From NCBI GenBank assembly GCA_963615785.1, contig CAVEID010000009.1, positions 11,733 to 75,732 on the forward strand: 64,000 nucleotides of DNA, written 5' to 3'. Position numbers and translations under genes: made by a program. This DNA comes from Oxalobacter sp. (lineage in GTDB: Bacteria > Bacillota > Clostridia > Oscillospirales > Ruminococcaceae). This document shows, piece after piece, positions 1-10,140 of the stretch. The notes below the pieces were generated by a model. That model searched no databases, was not told the origin of the DNA, and was given only the letters and a program-made list of their open reading frames with translations. How positions within the stretch are numbered: position 1 is the first letter of the stretch; the number at the start of each line of letters is the position of its first letter.

Positions 1-1316
1 AGCAGAGTGACCCGTTCATACTTGAAGTTTTCCAGAATGGGCGGCACATCAGAACCGATGCCATCATCGTTGTAGCTCACCGAGTGTACCATCACATGAG
101 AGAGTATGCAGTCCCGCACTTCCACATCCCGGACATAACCGCCGCGCTTTTTGGTCGCTTTGATCTCCAGCCCGGAAGTGGACACGGCCATGTTACAATC
201 CCAAATCTTCACGTCCTCCACGCCGCCGCTCATTTCGCTGCCGATGCAGATGCCGTGGCCAAAACCGCTATGGCAGTCGAACACCCGAATGTGTTTGGTC
301 GGGCGGTTGATGACATTGCCCTCCGGGTTCTTGCCGGACTTGATGGCCACCGCATCGTCACCGGTGCAGAACTCACAGGCGAAGATCGTGCAGTTGGTGG
401 AGGAATCCGGGTCCCAGCCATCGCCATTCCACACGCCGTCCGATTTGATAACACAGTGGTCGGTCACGATCTGGTCGGAATAGATCATGTGCAGGTTCCA
501 GCTGGCTCCGTTGGCAAAGGTCAGTCCCTGCATCCATACATTCCGGCAGTTGCTCATGTTGACAAGGCGGGGCCGGACGCGGCCCGGAATGGTGTCGGCG
601 TTCTCGCAGGTGGACACCAGTTCGGCGTTCTGGGCGAGATACTCTTTCAACCGCTCCCGCTCGCTTTCGATGATGCGGCTGGCCAGCAACTTACCGCCGG
701 AGGCAATGGTGCCTTTGCCGTGCAGGATGACGTTTTCGCAGTTCGGCCCGGCGGTGTGGTCGAGGACACCGAGGTTTAGCAGACTGCTGTAACACTCCAT
801 TTCCGTACCTTCAAAGCGGCTGTGAATGCGAGGAAGATAGTCCTCCGGGTTGGCAGTACCCTGCAATACTGCCCCTTCGTCCAGATACAGTTCCATATTG
901 CTGTGGAGCCGCAAGGCACCTGTCATGTATACGCCAGCAGGGAGGTAGACACACTCGTTTTCCTTGCAGTCGTCAATGGCCTTTTGCAGAGTAGCGGTGT
1001 TCATAGTCTTGCCATCGCCCACAGCAAAATAGGGCGCGGCGGTCACATCCAGTTTCTGCTTGGTGGGGGTGGTGCGGACGGTCAGCTCCCCGATGCCACC
1101 GCCCCGCCACTGGACAAACAGCGTGTACTCGGTTTCCGGGTGCAGGTGTTCCAGCGTAAAATAGGTCTTGGTGGTCGTGCCGACCGCAGTATCATCCAGC
1201 AGGATAGTATAAGGTTCTACCGTTTTCGCTGCAGCGGGTTTGTCCCAGAACAGGGTGATGGTGGTATCGGTACAGCAGGCGGTCAGACCGTTCTGTGAGA
1301 AATAGTGTTTCAACAT
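1..1316 (-). CDS. Glycoside hydrolase family 28, exo-poly-alpha-D-galacturonosidase-like; N-terminus present, C-terminus runs off the window
   Basis: The minus-strand frame is open from ATG (cat at 1314-1316, RBS GAAGGAG just upstream) to the window edge. My translation starts MLKHYFSQNGLTACCTDTTITLFWDKP (FN3-like) and continues into a parallel beta-helix with GH28-type motifs (WNGDGWDPDSS, GDDAVAIKSGK, GHGICIGSEMSGG, LEIKATKKRGG). The listed + ORF 84..779 is its antisense shadow. Confidence 0.8.
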   Translation of the reverse strand, partial: MLKHYFSQNGLTACCTDTTITLFWDKPAAAKTVEPYTILLDDTAVGTTTKTYFTLEHLHPETEYTLFVQWRGGGIGELTVRTTPTKQKLDVTAAPYFAVGDGKTMNTATLQKAIDDCKENECVYLPAGVYMTGALRLHSNMELYLDEGAVLQGTANPEDYLPRIHSRFEGTEMECYSSLLNLGVLDHTAGPNCENVILHGKGTIASGGKLLASRIIESERERLKEYLAQNAELVSTCENADTIPGRVRPRLVNMSNCRNVWMQGLTFANGASWNLHMIYSDQIVTDHCVIKSDGVWNGDGWDPDSSTNCTIFACEFCTGDDAVAIKSGKNPEGNVINRPTKHIRVFDCHSGFGHGICIGSEMSGGVEDVKIWDCNMAVSTSGLEIKATKKRGGYVRDVEVRDCILSHVMVHSVSYNDDGIGSDVPPILENFKYERVTL

Positions 1317-1496
1317 AAAAACTCCTTCAATTCCAGTACTTCTAAATGTATTCTATCTTTGATTCGGCAGAAAGTACATATAAATTATTTCAGAAGATGT
1401 TAAGAACTGTAGAATACAACGGGGCAAACCCTTGACGAAATCCGTTTCATTTTGGTATTCTCAAAACAGGTAAATGGAAAATGGGAGGATATTGTC

Positions 1497-3011
1497 GTGT
1501 ACACCGTATTACTTGTAGATGACGAGGAGAAAATTCTGGAAGTGATGAAAGTCCGTATCGGTTGGCAGGAACTTGGTGTGGACAAGCTCCTGACGGCATC
1601 GGATGGGCAGGCGGCATTGGAATATTTTGAGCAGCAGCGCATCGACCTGCTGGTGACGGATATTCGGATGCCCCGCATGGATGGCTTGGAACTGATCGAG
1701 AAAGTTCGCAGCCTGTACCCGGATACGCACTGTATCCTGCTGACTGCTTACGGCGAGTTCGAGTATGCCCGCCGTGCCATCCAGCTTGGCGTTGAGAACT
1801 ATCTGCTCAAGCCGGTCGCCGATGTGGAAATGGAGCAGACCATCCAGAAAGCGTTGGATAATATCTACAACCGCCGCAAGAACAGCCGGGATCTTCTGCG
1901 GGAAAACACGCTGAACCGCTGGGCATCTGGTTCTATCGGCAGCGAGGAATTGAGCGAACGCGCCGCCGTGCTGGGCATCAATCTGTATCAGCCGGAGTAT
2001 TGTGTGGTCTGTGCCGTGCGGCGCGGAAAGTCCTCACTTGCCGCATTCCGGGCTTCCTGTCTGGAACTGTTGGCACAGAAATATGAAGTGAATGGCTTCT
2101 GGGATGAAAAAGGCCGCTGGGTCATGATCCTCGGTGGGCGTGACCTTTCCAGAGAGAATGTTTCGGCAGAGATTTCCCACGCAGCGCAGGAGAGTAATGC
2201 GGTGGATGCTGTCCGCGTTGCCATTGGCACCTCGGTCAAAGAGACCGATCTGCTCCACATGAGCTACTTAAACGCCTGCGATACCATCGACATGAACGAC
2301 CTCACGGACAGTCCGGTTCTGCTGAAAGAAGAAACCGATACCCTTGGCATTGATGCCGATCTGCTGGCAGAGGAAGTGCGAATCCTGTATTATCTGCCTG
2401 ACCAGAGCATCCGAGACACCGGTTATCGCCATCTTGCCACGAAGCTGTACCAGCAGGATGGGAAAGACGCCCCACTGAAATCGCTTTCACGACTGCACAA
2501 GGGCTGTCTGCGTGTTCTGATGAGCGAATTTCCGGCACAGGAAAATCTACGGGAAGTGCTGCGTGTTCCCTCATGGACACCAGAAAAACAGCACTCTGAG
2601 AGCGACTTTGCCCGTGCTGCGGAAGAAATGCTCGTGACCGGGCGGCAGGCGTTCATGAAGTGCCTTGCCGAACTCAGCCCCATCGTTCAGGTCGCCCTGC
2701 GCTATGTACATGACAGCGTGATGGAGGGCGCAGGCATTTCCATCAAGGATTTCTGCGCCAAAAATGGTATGAACCCTGCTTATCTCGGACATTTATTCAA
2801 AAAGGAAACCGGAACATTCTTCAATGATTACCTGATGCAGTGCCGCATCAACCAGTCCATCATCCTGCTGCGCAACCCCAATCGGAAGATCAAGGACATC
2901 GCAGAAGAAGTCGGCTTTGCTTCAGCAAGCTACTATGTGAAGTGTTTCCGCGAGAACAAGGGCATTTCGCCCTCCCGGTATCGGATGGGGCTGCACATGA
3001 ACGAGGGGTAA
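1497..3011 (+). CDS. Two-component response regulator, receiver + AraC-type HTH (YesN-like)
   Basis: Receiver motifs are LLVDDEEKILE, DLLVTDIRMPRMDG and LLTAYGEF..LLKP. The C-terminal AraC HTH reads GHLFKKETGTFFNDYLMQCRINQSI..IAEEVGFASASYYVKCFRENKGISPSRYR. I prefer the GTG at 1497 (RBS GGGAGGA 7 nt upstream) to the TTG at 1452. Confidence 0.85.
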   Translation: MYTVLLVDDEEKILEVMKVRIGWQELGVDKLLTASDGQAALEYFEQQRIDLLVTDIRMPRMDGLELIEKVRSLYPDTHCILLTAYGEFEYARRAIQLGVENYLLKPVADVEMEQTIQKALDNIYNRRKNSRDLLRENTLNRWASGSIGSEELSERAAVLGINLYQPEYCVVCAVRRGKSSLAAFRASCLELLAQKYEVNGFWDEKGRWVMILGGRDLSRENVSAEISHAAQESNAVDAVRVAIGTSVKETDLLHMSYLNACDTIDMNDLTDSPVLLKEETDTLGIDADLLAEEVRILYYLPDQSIRDTGYRHLATKLYQQDGKDAPLKSLSRLHKGCLRVLMSEFPAQENLREVLRVPSWTPEKQHSESDFARAAEEMLVTGRQAFMKCLAELSPIVQVALRYVHDSVMEGAGISIKDFCAKNGMNPAYLGHLFKKETGTFFNDYLMQCRINQSIILLRNPNRKIKDIAEEVGFASASYYVKCFRENKGISPSRYRMGLHMNEG

Positions 3012-3017
3012 GGCTGG

Positions 3018-4793
3018 ATGGATAAGACAACGAAGCCGATCCGTCGGCGTTGGAATATCTTTTTACTGATCGGAGCATTCTACTGGGTCATTCTGCTCCT
3101 GACCAGCATTTTCGTCTGCTCCCTTTCTTATGAGCAAAAAAAGTCCGAGATCCTAGCCGATGTCAACATCCGGCTCACGCAGGTCGGCAATGCGTACCAG
3201 AACCTGACAGACCAGTTCTGGGTGTCGTATCTTCCGATTTTTGAGAACCGGACAACTTCCTATCTCTTACTGCGCGATTATTTCGTTGTTCCGGATGAAG
3301 ATGGCTTGACCCCGGTGGAACGGCACGACATTTCCAATGTACTGGCGCAGATCGCCGTGCGCGATGACCGCATCCAATGGATCGCAGCCTATTCACCAGT
3401 GCGCAAGGTCAATTACATCTATTATGCTACATCCCAAACCGGAACTGGGGTAGGCACCATGGAAGTTCTGCCCGATGATTTCCCTTACATGGAGCAGATG
3501 CTGCAGAAAAGCAACCTGATGGAGATTTATGGGGAAATCGAGAGCGACAAGTCGCAGCTCCGGAATACGATTGCCGTGGCAGGCGGCACCCCGGCCCTCA
3601 CAAAAGGCGTTCTCCTGTTTGGCTATGAAATCAGCCAGATCCAGCAGTTTGCAGAAGAAAATCTGCCGCTGGACAGCCTGCAATTTGAGATCATAAGCAA
3701 CGAGGGGTGGCTTTTGTACAATTCCGGTGAGGAGCACATCGAACCTTCCGAGGAAATATTTCAAACGGGCAGCGGCGTGTTCCAGACGGACAGCGGAAAA
3801 TGGTATGCCATGGTCGATCCGTATACCACGCGCAGCGGCACGGTTTACTACACGATCGACTGGAAAGAACTGTTCCTGAAGTCCAATGCCAATACACCGC
3901 AGCTGCTGATCGTGATCCTGCTGCTCTCTGCGCTGAGTATCCTTGTGCTTTGGCTGGTCATGCGAACCATTCACCGTGAAGTGCGCCGCATTCAGGACGG
4001 ACTGGATGCGCTGGGCCAGAACCAGTTGGACTACCGCATTGGAGGAAACTTCTATCAGGCTGCATTTGCCGATATTGCCCATTCCATCAACCGAATGGCA
4101 GAGAGCCTGAAAGAGAACATCGACAAAGCATATTACTATCAGCTCAAGCACAAAGAAGCGGAAATGCAGGAACTTCAGGCAAAGTTTAACCCGCACTTTC
4201 TGTACAATTCGCTGGACGTGTTCCGTGCCCGCTGCTACGAAAACGGCGATGATGAAACAGCAGAACTGATCGCACAGACGGCTTCCGTTTTCCGGGGCTT
4301 CATCGGCGCACAGACCTTTATCCCGTTGCAGCAGGAGTTGGCGTTCAGCCAGCGGTATCTTGCAGTCTACCGTGCGCGGCACAATGATGCCATGCAGATC
4401 TTGTACGACATTGACAAGGAAGTTCTGCAATACGGTATCATCCGCAATGTGCTGCAGCCGCTGATCGAGAACTACTTTGCCCACGGATTTGACCCCTCCC
4501 GGCAGGACAATATCCTGCAATTCCGCGGCTATATCCGGGACGAGGATACTTATGTCCTGACCGTGGAGGACAACGGCTTCGGCATGGAAGAAGATGCCTT
4601 GCAGGCATTGAACGCTCATTTGCAGGAACCGATCGCCACCGAGCAGGAAAGCTACGGTTTGAAGAATCTGCATCAGCGTATCCAGTTGTACTACGGTCCG
4701 AAGTGTGGTCTGGTGATACGGAAGAATCCGACCGGCGGCTTGATCGCTGAACTATGTGTCCTGCGGAAGAAACCGGAAGAAGATACCGAATAA
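3018..4793 (+). CDS. Sensor histidine kinase (YesM-like; 2 TM, HAMP, His_kinase, HATPase_c)
   Basis: There is an N-terminal TM, a second TM around LLIVILLLSALSILVLWLV followed by a HAMP-like segment, an H-box FNPHFLYNSLD and an ATPase G-box VEDNGFGM. It lies immediately downstream of the response regulator. Confidence 0.85.
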   Translation: MDKTTKPIRRRWNIFLLIGAFYWVILLLTSIFVCSLSYEQKKSEILADVNIRLTQVGNAYQNLTDQFWVSYLPIFENRTTSYLLLRDYFVVPDEDGLTPVERHDISNVLAQIAVRDDRIQWIAAYSPVRKVNYIYYATSQTGTGVGTMEVLPDDFPYMEQMLQKSNLMEIYGEIESDKSQLRNTIAVAGGTPALTKGVLLFGYEISQIQQFAEENLPLDSLQFEIISNEGWLLYNSGEEHIEPSEEIFQTGSGVFQTDSGKWYAMVDPYTTRSGTVYYTIDWKELFLKSNANTPQLLIVILLLSALSILVLWLVMRTIHREVRRIQDGLDALGQNQLDYRIGGNFYQAAFADIAHSINRMAESLKENIDKAYYYQLKHKEAEMQELQAKFNPHFLYNSLDVFRARCYENGDDETAELIAQTASVFRGFIGAQTFIPLQQELAFSQRYLAVYRARHNDAMQILYDIDKEVLQYGIIRNVLQPLIENYFAHGFDPSRQDNILQFRGYIRDEDTYVLTVEDNGFGMEEDALQALNAHLQEPIATEQESYGLKNLHQRIQLYYGPKCGLVIRKNPTGGLIAELCVLRKKPEEDTE

Positions 4794-4796
4794 ACC

Positions 4797-4841
4797 AAAA
4801 TGGAGCTGTACGGATGAGCAAAAACCGTACAGCTCCATTTT
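4797..4841. terminator. Bidirectional rho-independent terminator between convergent kinase and GH105 genes
   Basis: Perfect 17-bp stem AAAATGGAGCTGTACGG / CCGTACAGCTCCATTTT with an 11-nt loop, an A-run on one side and a T-run on the other. Confidence 0.8.
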
Positions 4842-4892
4842 GTTCGTTAGGAGAAGAAGGAGAAAAATGAAATAAGCAGGTCAGTGGTGCTT

Positions 4893-5996
4893 TTAAGATG
4901 CAAGTACCGATTGCAGTTCGGTACACATCAGCAGGAACGCTCCAACACCGTGCAGATCGTTGGTGGAGCAGGGGCGGCCGCAGTAGAAGTCATAACTGCC
5001 AACGCCCGTTCCAACACAGACATTGCCTATCAGCAAATCGTTGCCTTCCCAGTTCAGCGAACGGATCACGCCTTCGTAACCTTTTTTGGCCGCATCCAGC
5101 GCGCTTTCGGGAAGGATCTTTTTCCGCACTGCCTTGCTGAGTGCGGCGACAAACAGACAGGTGCAGGAATTTTCTGGCCAGTTGTCCGGGCGGTCAGCCT
5201 TGTCCACCACCTGATACCACCGTCCATCTTCGGACTGGTATTTCAGCAGGGCGGTCAGCAAGTCTTTGACCAGCGCACGAAGTTCTTCATAGTGCGCATC
5301 TTCCGGCTTCATCTGATCCAGAACATCCATCACAGCCACCGGCACCCAGCCAAGGCTGCGGCCCCAGTATTCCGGTGCAAGACCCGTTTCGGGGTCACAC
5401 CAGTCTGCTGTTTTGGTTTCATCCCATGCGTGACGCCACAACCCGGTTTCCGGGATGCGGGTATGGTCGCACATCAGGAAGATCTCTTTTATCATAAAGT
5501 CCAGCCACTCCGGGTGGTTGAACTTTTGAGCATACTCTGCGGCAAACGGTCCGGCCATGTACAGTCCATCCAGCCACATCTGCCCGGTCAGGCTGACCTT
5601 GTGGTACAGTCCGCCGCACTTGCACAGCGGAACATCCGGCAGCTGCGCGGCCACGAACTCAATACACTTGCGGTATTTTTCATCGCCGGTTTTCTCAAGC
5701 AGCGGAAACAGCAGGATGCCGGGCTGGATGTCATCCAGATCGCCGTGCTTGTAATCATTTTTGATACGGCCATCTTCAGTGAACACCGAATCGACCCAAT
5801 CCTTCATATAAGAAAAATAGGCTTCGTTGCCGCAAAGCTGGTAAGTTTTGTAGACACCGGAGAGGAACACGCCCTGATGATAGTGGAAGTGTCCTTTCGG
5901 CGGAAGGTCGGCGGCGGCGTAGCGGCGCATCATGGTATCGCACGCGCTTTGTGCATAGCCCAGCGGTGTGTCCGGGCGAACGGTCGCGTCACTCAT
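4893..5996 (-). CDS. Unsaturated rhamnogalacturonyl hydrolase, GH105 (YteR/YesR family)
   Basis: 367-aa ORF containing HFHYHQGVFLSGV, QMWLDGLYMAGPF, GRSLGWV and an (alpha/alpha)6-type repeat pattern typical of the YteR family. No signal peptide. Confidence 0.8.
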   Translation of the reverse strand: MSDATVRPDTPLGYAQSACDTMMRRYAAADLPPKGHFHYHQGVFLSGVYKTYQLCGNEAYFSYMKDWVDSVFTEDGRIKNDYKHGDLDDIQPGILLFPLLEKTGDEKYRKCIEFVAAQLPDVPLCKCGGLYHKVSLTGQMWLDGLYMAGPFAAEYAQKFNHPEWLDFMIKEIFLMCDHTRIPETGLWRHAWDETKTADWCDPETGLAPEYWGRSLGWVPVAVMDVLDQMKPEDAHYEELRALVKDLLTALLKYQSEDGRWYQVVDKADRPDNWPENSCTCLFVAALSKAVRKKILPESALDAAKKGYEGVIRSLNWEGNDLLIGNVCVGTGVGSYDFYCGRPCSTNDLHGVGAFLLMCTELQSVLAS

Positions 5997-6337
5997 AATG
6001 GGGTTTCCTCCTCCTGTACATTATAAGGAATAAGGTGCTGATCCTGCATAGGAGCCTCCTGCGTTTTTTGTTGAAAAGCGTGGGGGAATTGTGGAAGAAT
6101 CAGTGCTTTCTTTTTCATTGTAACGAGCCGGAGCGGAAATGTAAATTGAAAAAATTATAGCTTGTATCACAATTTTCAGTTGCAAAAAATGCACTATCAT
6201 CGCCAATTTACACAACAAATTTTATTTACAGAATCAAAAATTTTTGTTATATACAGCGGCGGCGGAAACCGGTATACTCAGGTCAAAGAGAGCTGTTCAT
6301 ACACGGTTCACAAACCAGAAAAGGAGTTGACGTATTT

Positions 6338-7288
6338 ATGCCCAGCAAAGCCGTCGCTGGAAAACTGCTGGAAACGCCCGGTTCGCGTCAGAAGCGAATT
6401 GAGAGTATCAAGCTGTTCCTGTTCATCGTCCCTTGCCTCGCACTCGTGTTCGTATTCCATTATATGCCCCTGTGGGGCTGGGTCTACGCGTTCTTCCAGT
6501 ATAAGCCGGGCATGGCCCTGGCAAACTGCAAGTTCGTGGGCTTCCAGAACTTCACCAACCTGTTCGGCAACCCGGTCATGCGCCAGAATCTGTTCCGCGT
6601 TCTGCGCAACACCCTCGGCATTCAGTTCATCAATTATCTGCTGATGCCGGTTCCTATGCTGTTCGCCATCTTCCTCAGCGAGATCAAGAGCACCCGCTTC
6701 CAGAAATGTGTGCAGACCCTCACCACGCTGCCGCACTTCATCAGCTGGGTCATCATGTTCTCCCTGATGTCCAGCCTGTTTGGTTCCTCCGGTCTGGTCA
6801 ATGCGCTGATGCAGAAGTTCGGTGCAGAAATGACCGTGAACATCCTCACCACCGACAAGCACGTCTGGCTGATCCAAGCACTGCTTTACACATGGAAAAA
6901 CCTCGGTTGGAACGCCATCATCTACTTCGCCGCCATCACCGGTCTGGATCAGGAAGTGAACGAAGCGGCCATGATCGACGGTGCAAACCGCTGGCAGCGC
7001 ATCCGCTACATCACCATTCCGCTGCTGATGCCCACCTTCTTCGTTCTGCTCATTATGAGCATCGGCAACTTCCTGAACTCCGGCATCGACCAGTTCCTCG
7101 CTTTCAGCAACGCTCTGAATAAGGAATACATCGAAGTGCTTGACCTTTACGTCTACAACCTCGGTATCGGCAGTGGTCAGATCTCGTTCTCGGTCGCCGT
7201 TGGTGTCATGAAATCCATCATTGCACTGATCCTGTTCGGTCTGGCCAATACCGCATCCAAGAAGATCCGCGGCACCAGCGTATTCTAA
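6338..7288 (+). CDS. Carbohydrate ABC transporter permease (LplB/YtcP type)
   Basis: RBS AAAGGAG. Six hydrophobic segments and the EAA loop EAAMIDGANRWQRIRYITIPLL. Confidence 0.85.
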   Translation: MPSKAVAGKLLETPGSRQKRIESIKLFLFIVPCLALVFVFHYMPLWGWVYAFFQYKPGMALANCKFVGFQNFTNLFGNPVMRQNLFRVLRNTLGIQFINYLLMPVPMLFAIFLSEIKSTRFQKCVQTLTTLPHFISWVIMFSLMSSLFGSSGLVNALMQKFGAEMTVNILTTDKHVWLIQALLYTWKNLGWNAIIYFAAITGLDQEVNEAAMIDGANRWQRIRYITIPLLMPTFFVLLIMSIGNFLNSGIDQFLAFSNALNKEYIEVLDLYVYNLGIGSGQISFSVAVGVMKSIIALILFGLANTASKKIRGTSVF

Positions 7289-7307
7289 AGAGAGGAGGAA
7301 GCATCCT

Positions 7308-8222
7308 GTGACTGCAACAAAAATCGCACCCCGGCAGAAAAGCCACCACATCAAGATGAGCCGGGAAGATAAAATTTACAACATCGTCGGCATCATCCTG
7401 TTCACCATCATCACGCTGCTGTGCGTGTATCCGTTCTACTACCTTATGATCTGCACCATCAGCGACCAGAAGCTGGTTGACCTGAACCAGATCATCCTGC
7501 TGCCCAAGGGCATCAACTTTGAAAACTACGTTGAAATTTTCAAGGTGCAGAATCTGGGCAATGCGGCCTTTATCTCGGTAGCGCGTACCGTGATCACCAC
7601 GGCACTCAGCCTTGTGCTGACCAGCTATATGGCCTACTTCTTCACCAAGCAGAATATGTGGAAGCGCAAGTTCTGGTATCGCTTCACCGTCATTACCATG
7701 TACTTCTCCGCAGGTATGATTCCCATCTACCTGAACAACCGGATGCTGGGCCTTGTCAATAGCTTCTGGGTCTACGTCATTCCGTCCTGCCTGTCCGTGT
7801 ACAACATGGTTCTGGTCAAGACAAACATCGAAGCCATGAGTCCGGAACTGGAAGAATCCGCTTATCTGGATGGTGCCGGTTATCTGACCCGCTTCTTCAA
7901 AATCGTGATGCCGCTGCAGACCCCCATCCTTGCCACCATTTCGCTGTTCACCGCCGTGAACCAGTGGAACGACTTCTTCACCACCAAGCTGTACATCACC
8001 AACACGAAACTCTACACCCTGCAGTATCTGCTGTACGAACTGCTCCAGCAGGTCACCGCAGCCGCCGAGCAGATCGCCGGTGAGAACCCCTATGCGACCA
8101 TCACCCCCACCGGTATCCGCCTGACCTTGACCGCTGTGGTCGTCATCCCCATCATCTGCGTCTACCCCTTCGTCCAGAAGTTCTACGTCAAGGGCCTGAT
8201 GGTCGGTGCCGTCAAGGGCTGA
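7308..8222 (+). CDS. Carbohydrate ABC transporter permease (LplC/YteP type)
   Basis: GTG start with RBS GAGGAGGA. The EAA loop is EESAYLDGAGYLTRFFKIVMPL. Adjacent to the first permease. Confidence 0.85.
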   Translation: MTATKIAPRQKSHHIKMSREDKIYNIVGIILFTIITLLCVYPFYYLMICTISDQKLVDLNQIILLPKGINFENYVEIFKVQNLGNAAFISVARTVITTALSLVLTSYMAYFFTKQNMWKRKFWYRFTVITMYFSAGMIPIYLNNRMLGLVNSFWVYVIPSCLSVYNMVLVKTNIEAMSPELEESAYLDGAGYLTRFFKIVMPLQTPILATISLFTAVNQWNDFFTTKLYITNTKLYTLQYLLYELLQQVTAAAEQIAGENPYATITPTGIRLTLTAVVVIPIICVYPFVQKFYVKGLMVGAVKG

Positions 8223-8278
8223 GAGCCTTTCTTTTGAACCAAAAATTGTGTATTATATTATAAAAGGAGAACAAGACC

Positions 8279-10012
8279 ATGAAAAAGATGATTTCCCGTC
8301 GTAATTTCCTCAAGGCTTGTGCAATCGCTGGTTCCGCAGCTGCCCTGACCGCCTGTGGCGGCGGCTCCTCCAGCAGCACTGCCGCTGGCAGCACCGCTGG
8401 TTCTGCTGCTGCATCTTCCACCAGTGGTCCGCAGACCATCACCTTCTATCCCCGCGATGCAAACGTGTCCAGCGGCCTGATCAGCGGCTTCAAGGGCGAT
8501 TACTTCGCAGAGCATGGCTTCAATCTGGAGGTCTGGGCTTACTCGGATGAAAAGACCAACGCCATCCTCGCCAGCGGCGACCTGCCGGATGTGATGTTCA
8601 TCCCGGAAAAGAGCCTGGATATCATGATTCAGGGCGGTATGCTGCTGAATCTGGACGACTATCTGGACAAGATGCCGCACCTGAAGGCTTTCACCGAAGT
8701 TGAGCCTGCTCTGAACTACGTCCGTGAGTTCAAGAGCGCAGGTACCGGCAGCGTCTACGGCATCCCCACCAGCATCGGCGACAGCTACGTCAAGTATAAG
8801 TGGCTGGACTCCACCGAGCGCAACGCAGTCCGTGTGCATTGGGATACCTATGAGAAGATTGGCGCACCGGCAATCAACAGCTTTGAAGACCTGATTGATG
8901 TCATGGAGCAGATGCAGAAAGCCCGCCCCACGGCTGACGATGGCACCGCCTGCTATGGCACTGTGCTGAACAACGGTTCTGACTCCAACTTCTGGGCCTG
9001 CATGACAATGTGGTACCGCTGGCAGGGCTATCTGGAAAACCAGCTCGCCTACCTGCTGGAAACTGATATGGTCAACGGCGAATATCACTCCATTCTGGAC
9101 AAGGACAGCCTGTACTACAAGGGTCTGAAGTGGTACCATGAGGTCTACAAGCGCGGCCTGATGGACCCCGACAGCATCAACAATGACCGCCCCACCCAGA
9201 AAGTCAAGATCGACGGTGGCTACGGACAGGTTCCTTCCGGTTACCTGCCGGGCTGGGCACCCACCTATCTGGAATACCACATCCCCGGTGTCAAGAGCTA
9301 CTACAGCGCAAACTCCACCTACGGCGATTCCCGCTACATGATCGGCATCAGCGCAAAGACCAAGAATCTGGATGCCTGCCTTGCTTACCTTGATGTTCTG
9401 TCTGACCCCGAAGCATTCCTGATCCTGACGCAGGGTCCCGATGGCGAGTACTGGGAGAGCGATGACAAGGGCAATGCTTTCCTGACCGACCGTGCAAAGG
9501 AGTGGCTGAACGCCGGTCACAACGACTTTACCGGCTTTGAGATGTCCACCGGCGAAACGCTGGAACTGTGGAACACCCCCTTCATCGTGATGAACGGTGT
9601 CCTGACCCAGTACGGTGATGGTGAGGGCGGCTACCGCTGTGGTTCTACGCTGGGCTGGAGCGATGTCAATGAGATCAGTGCTCAGAGCGAGAACTTCCAG
9701 AAGTGGCAGAAGACCACTGGCCACGAGAACTGGAAGGAGTGGCTGGGCAGCGATTACTGCGAGGAAAGCCCCCTGAAGAATGTTTCCAGCTTTACCAGCC
9801 TGCCGGATGACAATATGCAGCTGATGATCGACGCCATCAAGGATAAGGTCACCACCGCAAGCTGGAAGATGGTCTACGCTTCTTCTGACAGCGAGTTCGA
9901 TTCCCTGTGGGATCAGATGGTTGCCGACTGCAACGGTCTGGATGCCAACAGCATCATCGAGTGGCGTCTGGCTGACCTCGAAAACGCAAAGACAATCCGC
10001 GACTCTCTGTAA
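8279..10012 (+). CDS. Extracellular solute-binding lipoprotein of the ABC importer (LplA-like, large SBP)
   Basis: Signal peptide with lipobox AALTAC followed by a Gly/Ser-rich linker. 577 aa, typical of the large family-1 SBPs paired with LplBC permeases. Confidence 0.85.
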   Translation: MKKMISRRNFLKACAIAGSAAALTACGGGSSSSTAAGSTAGSAAASSTSGPQTITFYPRDANVSSGLISGFKGDYFAEHGFNLEVWAYSDEKTNAILASGDLPDVMFIPEKSLDIMIQGGMLLNLDDYLDKMPHLKAFTEVEPALNYVREFKSAGTGSVYGIPTSIGDSYVKYKWLDSTERNAVRVHWDTYEKIGAPAINSFEDLIDVMEQMQKARPTADDGTACYGTVLNNGSDSNFWACMTMWYRWQGYLENQLAYLLETDMVNGEYHSILDKDSLYYKGLKWYHEVYKRGLMDPDSINNDRPTQKVKIDGGYGQVPSGYLPGWAPTYLEYHIPGVKSYYSANSTYGDSRYMIGISAKTKNLDACLAYLDVLSDPEAFLILTQGPDGEYWESDDKGNAFLTDRAKEWLNAGHNDFTGFEMSTGETLELWNTPFIVMNGVLTQYGDGEGGYRCGSTLGWSDVNEISAQSENFQKWQKTTGHENWKEWLGSDYCEESPLKNVSSFTSLPDDNMQLMIDAIKDKVTTASWKMVYASSDSEFDSLWDQMVADCNGLDANSIIEWRLADLENAKTIRDSL

Positions 10013-10081
10013 AAATCATAGCGGACGCAAGCTCCGGTCTGCATGATACCCTGCTGACGGAGTTGAGATCTGGATAACACA

Positions 10082-10126
10082 GAAGCCGTGTTCCGCAACC
10101 TTTTGCGGGACACGGCTTCTTCTTTT
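10082..10126 (+). terminator. Rho-independent terminator after the SBP gene
   Basis: Stem GAAGCCGTGTTCCGCAA / TTGCGGGACACGGCTTC (one G-U), loop CCTT, then TTCTTTT. Confidence 0.8.
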
Positions 10127-10140
10127 ATGAAGCAAATGAT

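Noticed and set aside
84-1298. Plus-strand ORFs 84..779, 487..792 and 822..1298 at the window start
   Set aside because: They lie antisense to a continuous minus-strand frame that translates into a GH28 enzyme with a proper RBS/ATG at 1316. Their own translations are low-complexity (Ala/Gly/Val/His-rich) shadow products typical of GC-rich DNA.
3393-4673. Long antisense ORFs opposite well-supported genes (for example 3393..4673-, 8258..9724-, 11839..13134-, 13554..14558-, 14363..15490-, 15736..17079-, 20706..22307-, 22371..23285-, 28900..30477-, 31962..33383-, 38228..39307-, 39634..41091-, 52016..53908+, 54459..56990+, 57836..59992-, 61254..62324-)
   Set aside because: Each overlaps a gene whose translation carries recognisable family motifs. 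The antisense products are compositionally skewed (runs of A/G/V/R/H/Q), lack RBS-start pairs and match no domain that I can recognise. This is the classic shadow-ORF behaviour of high-GC coding DNA.
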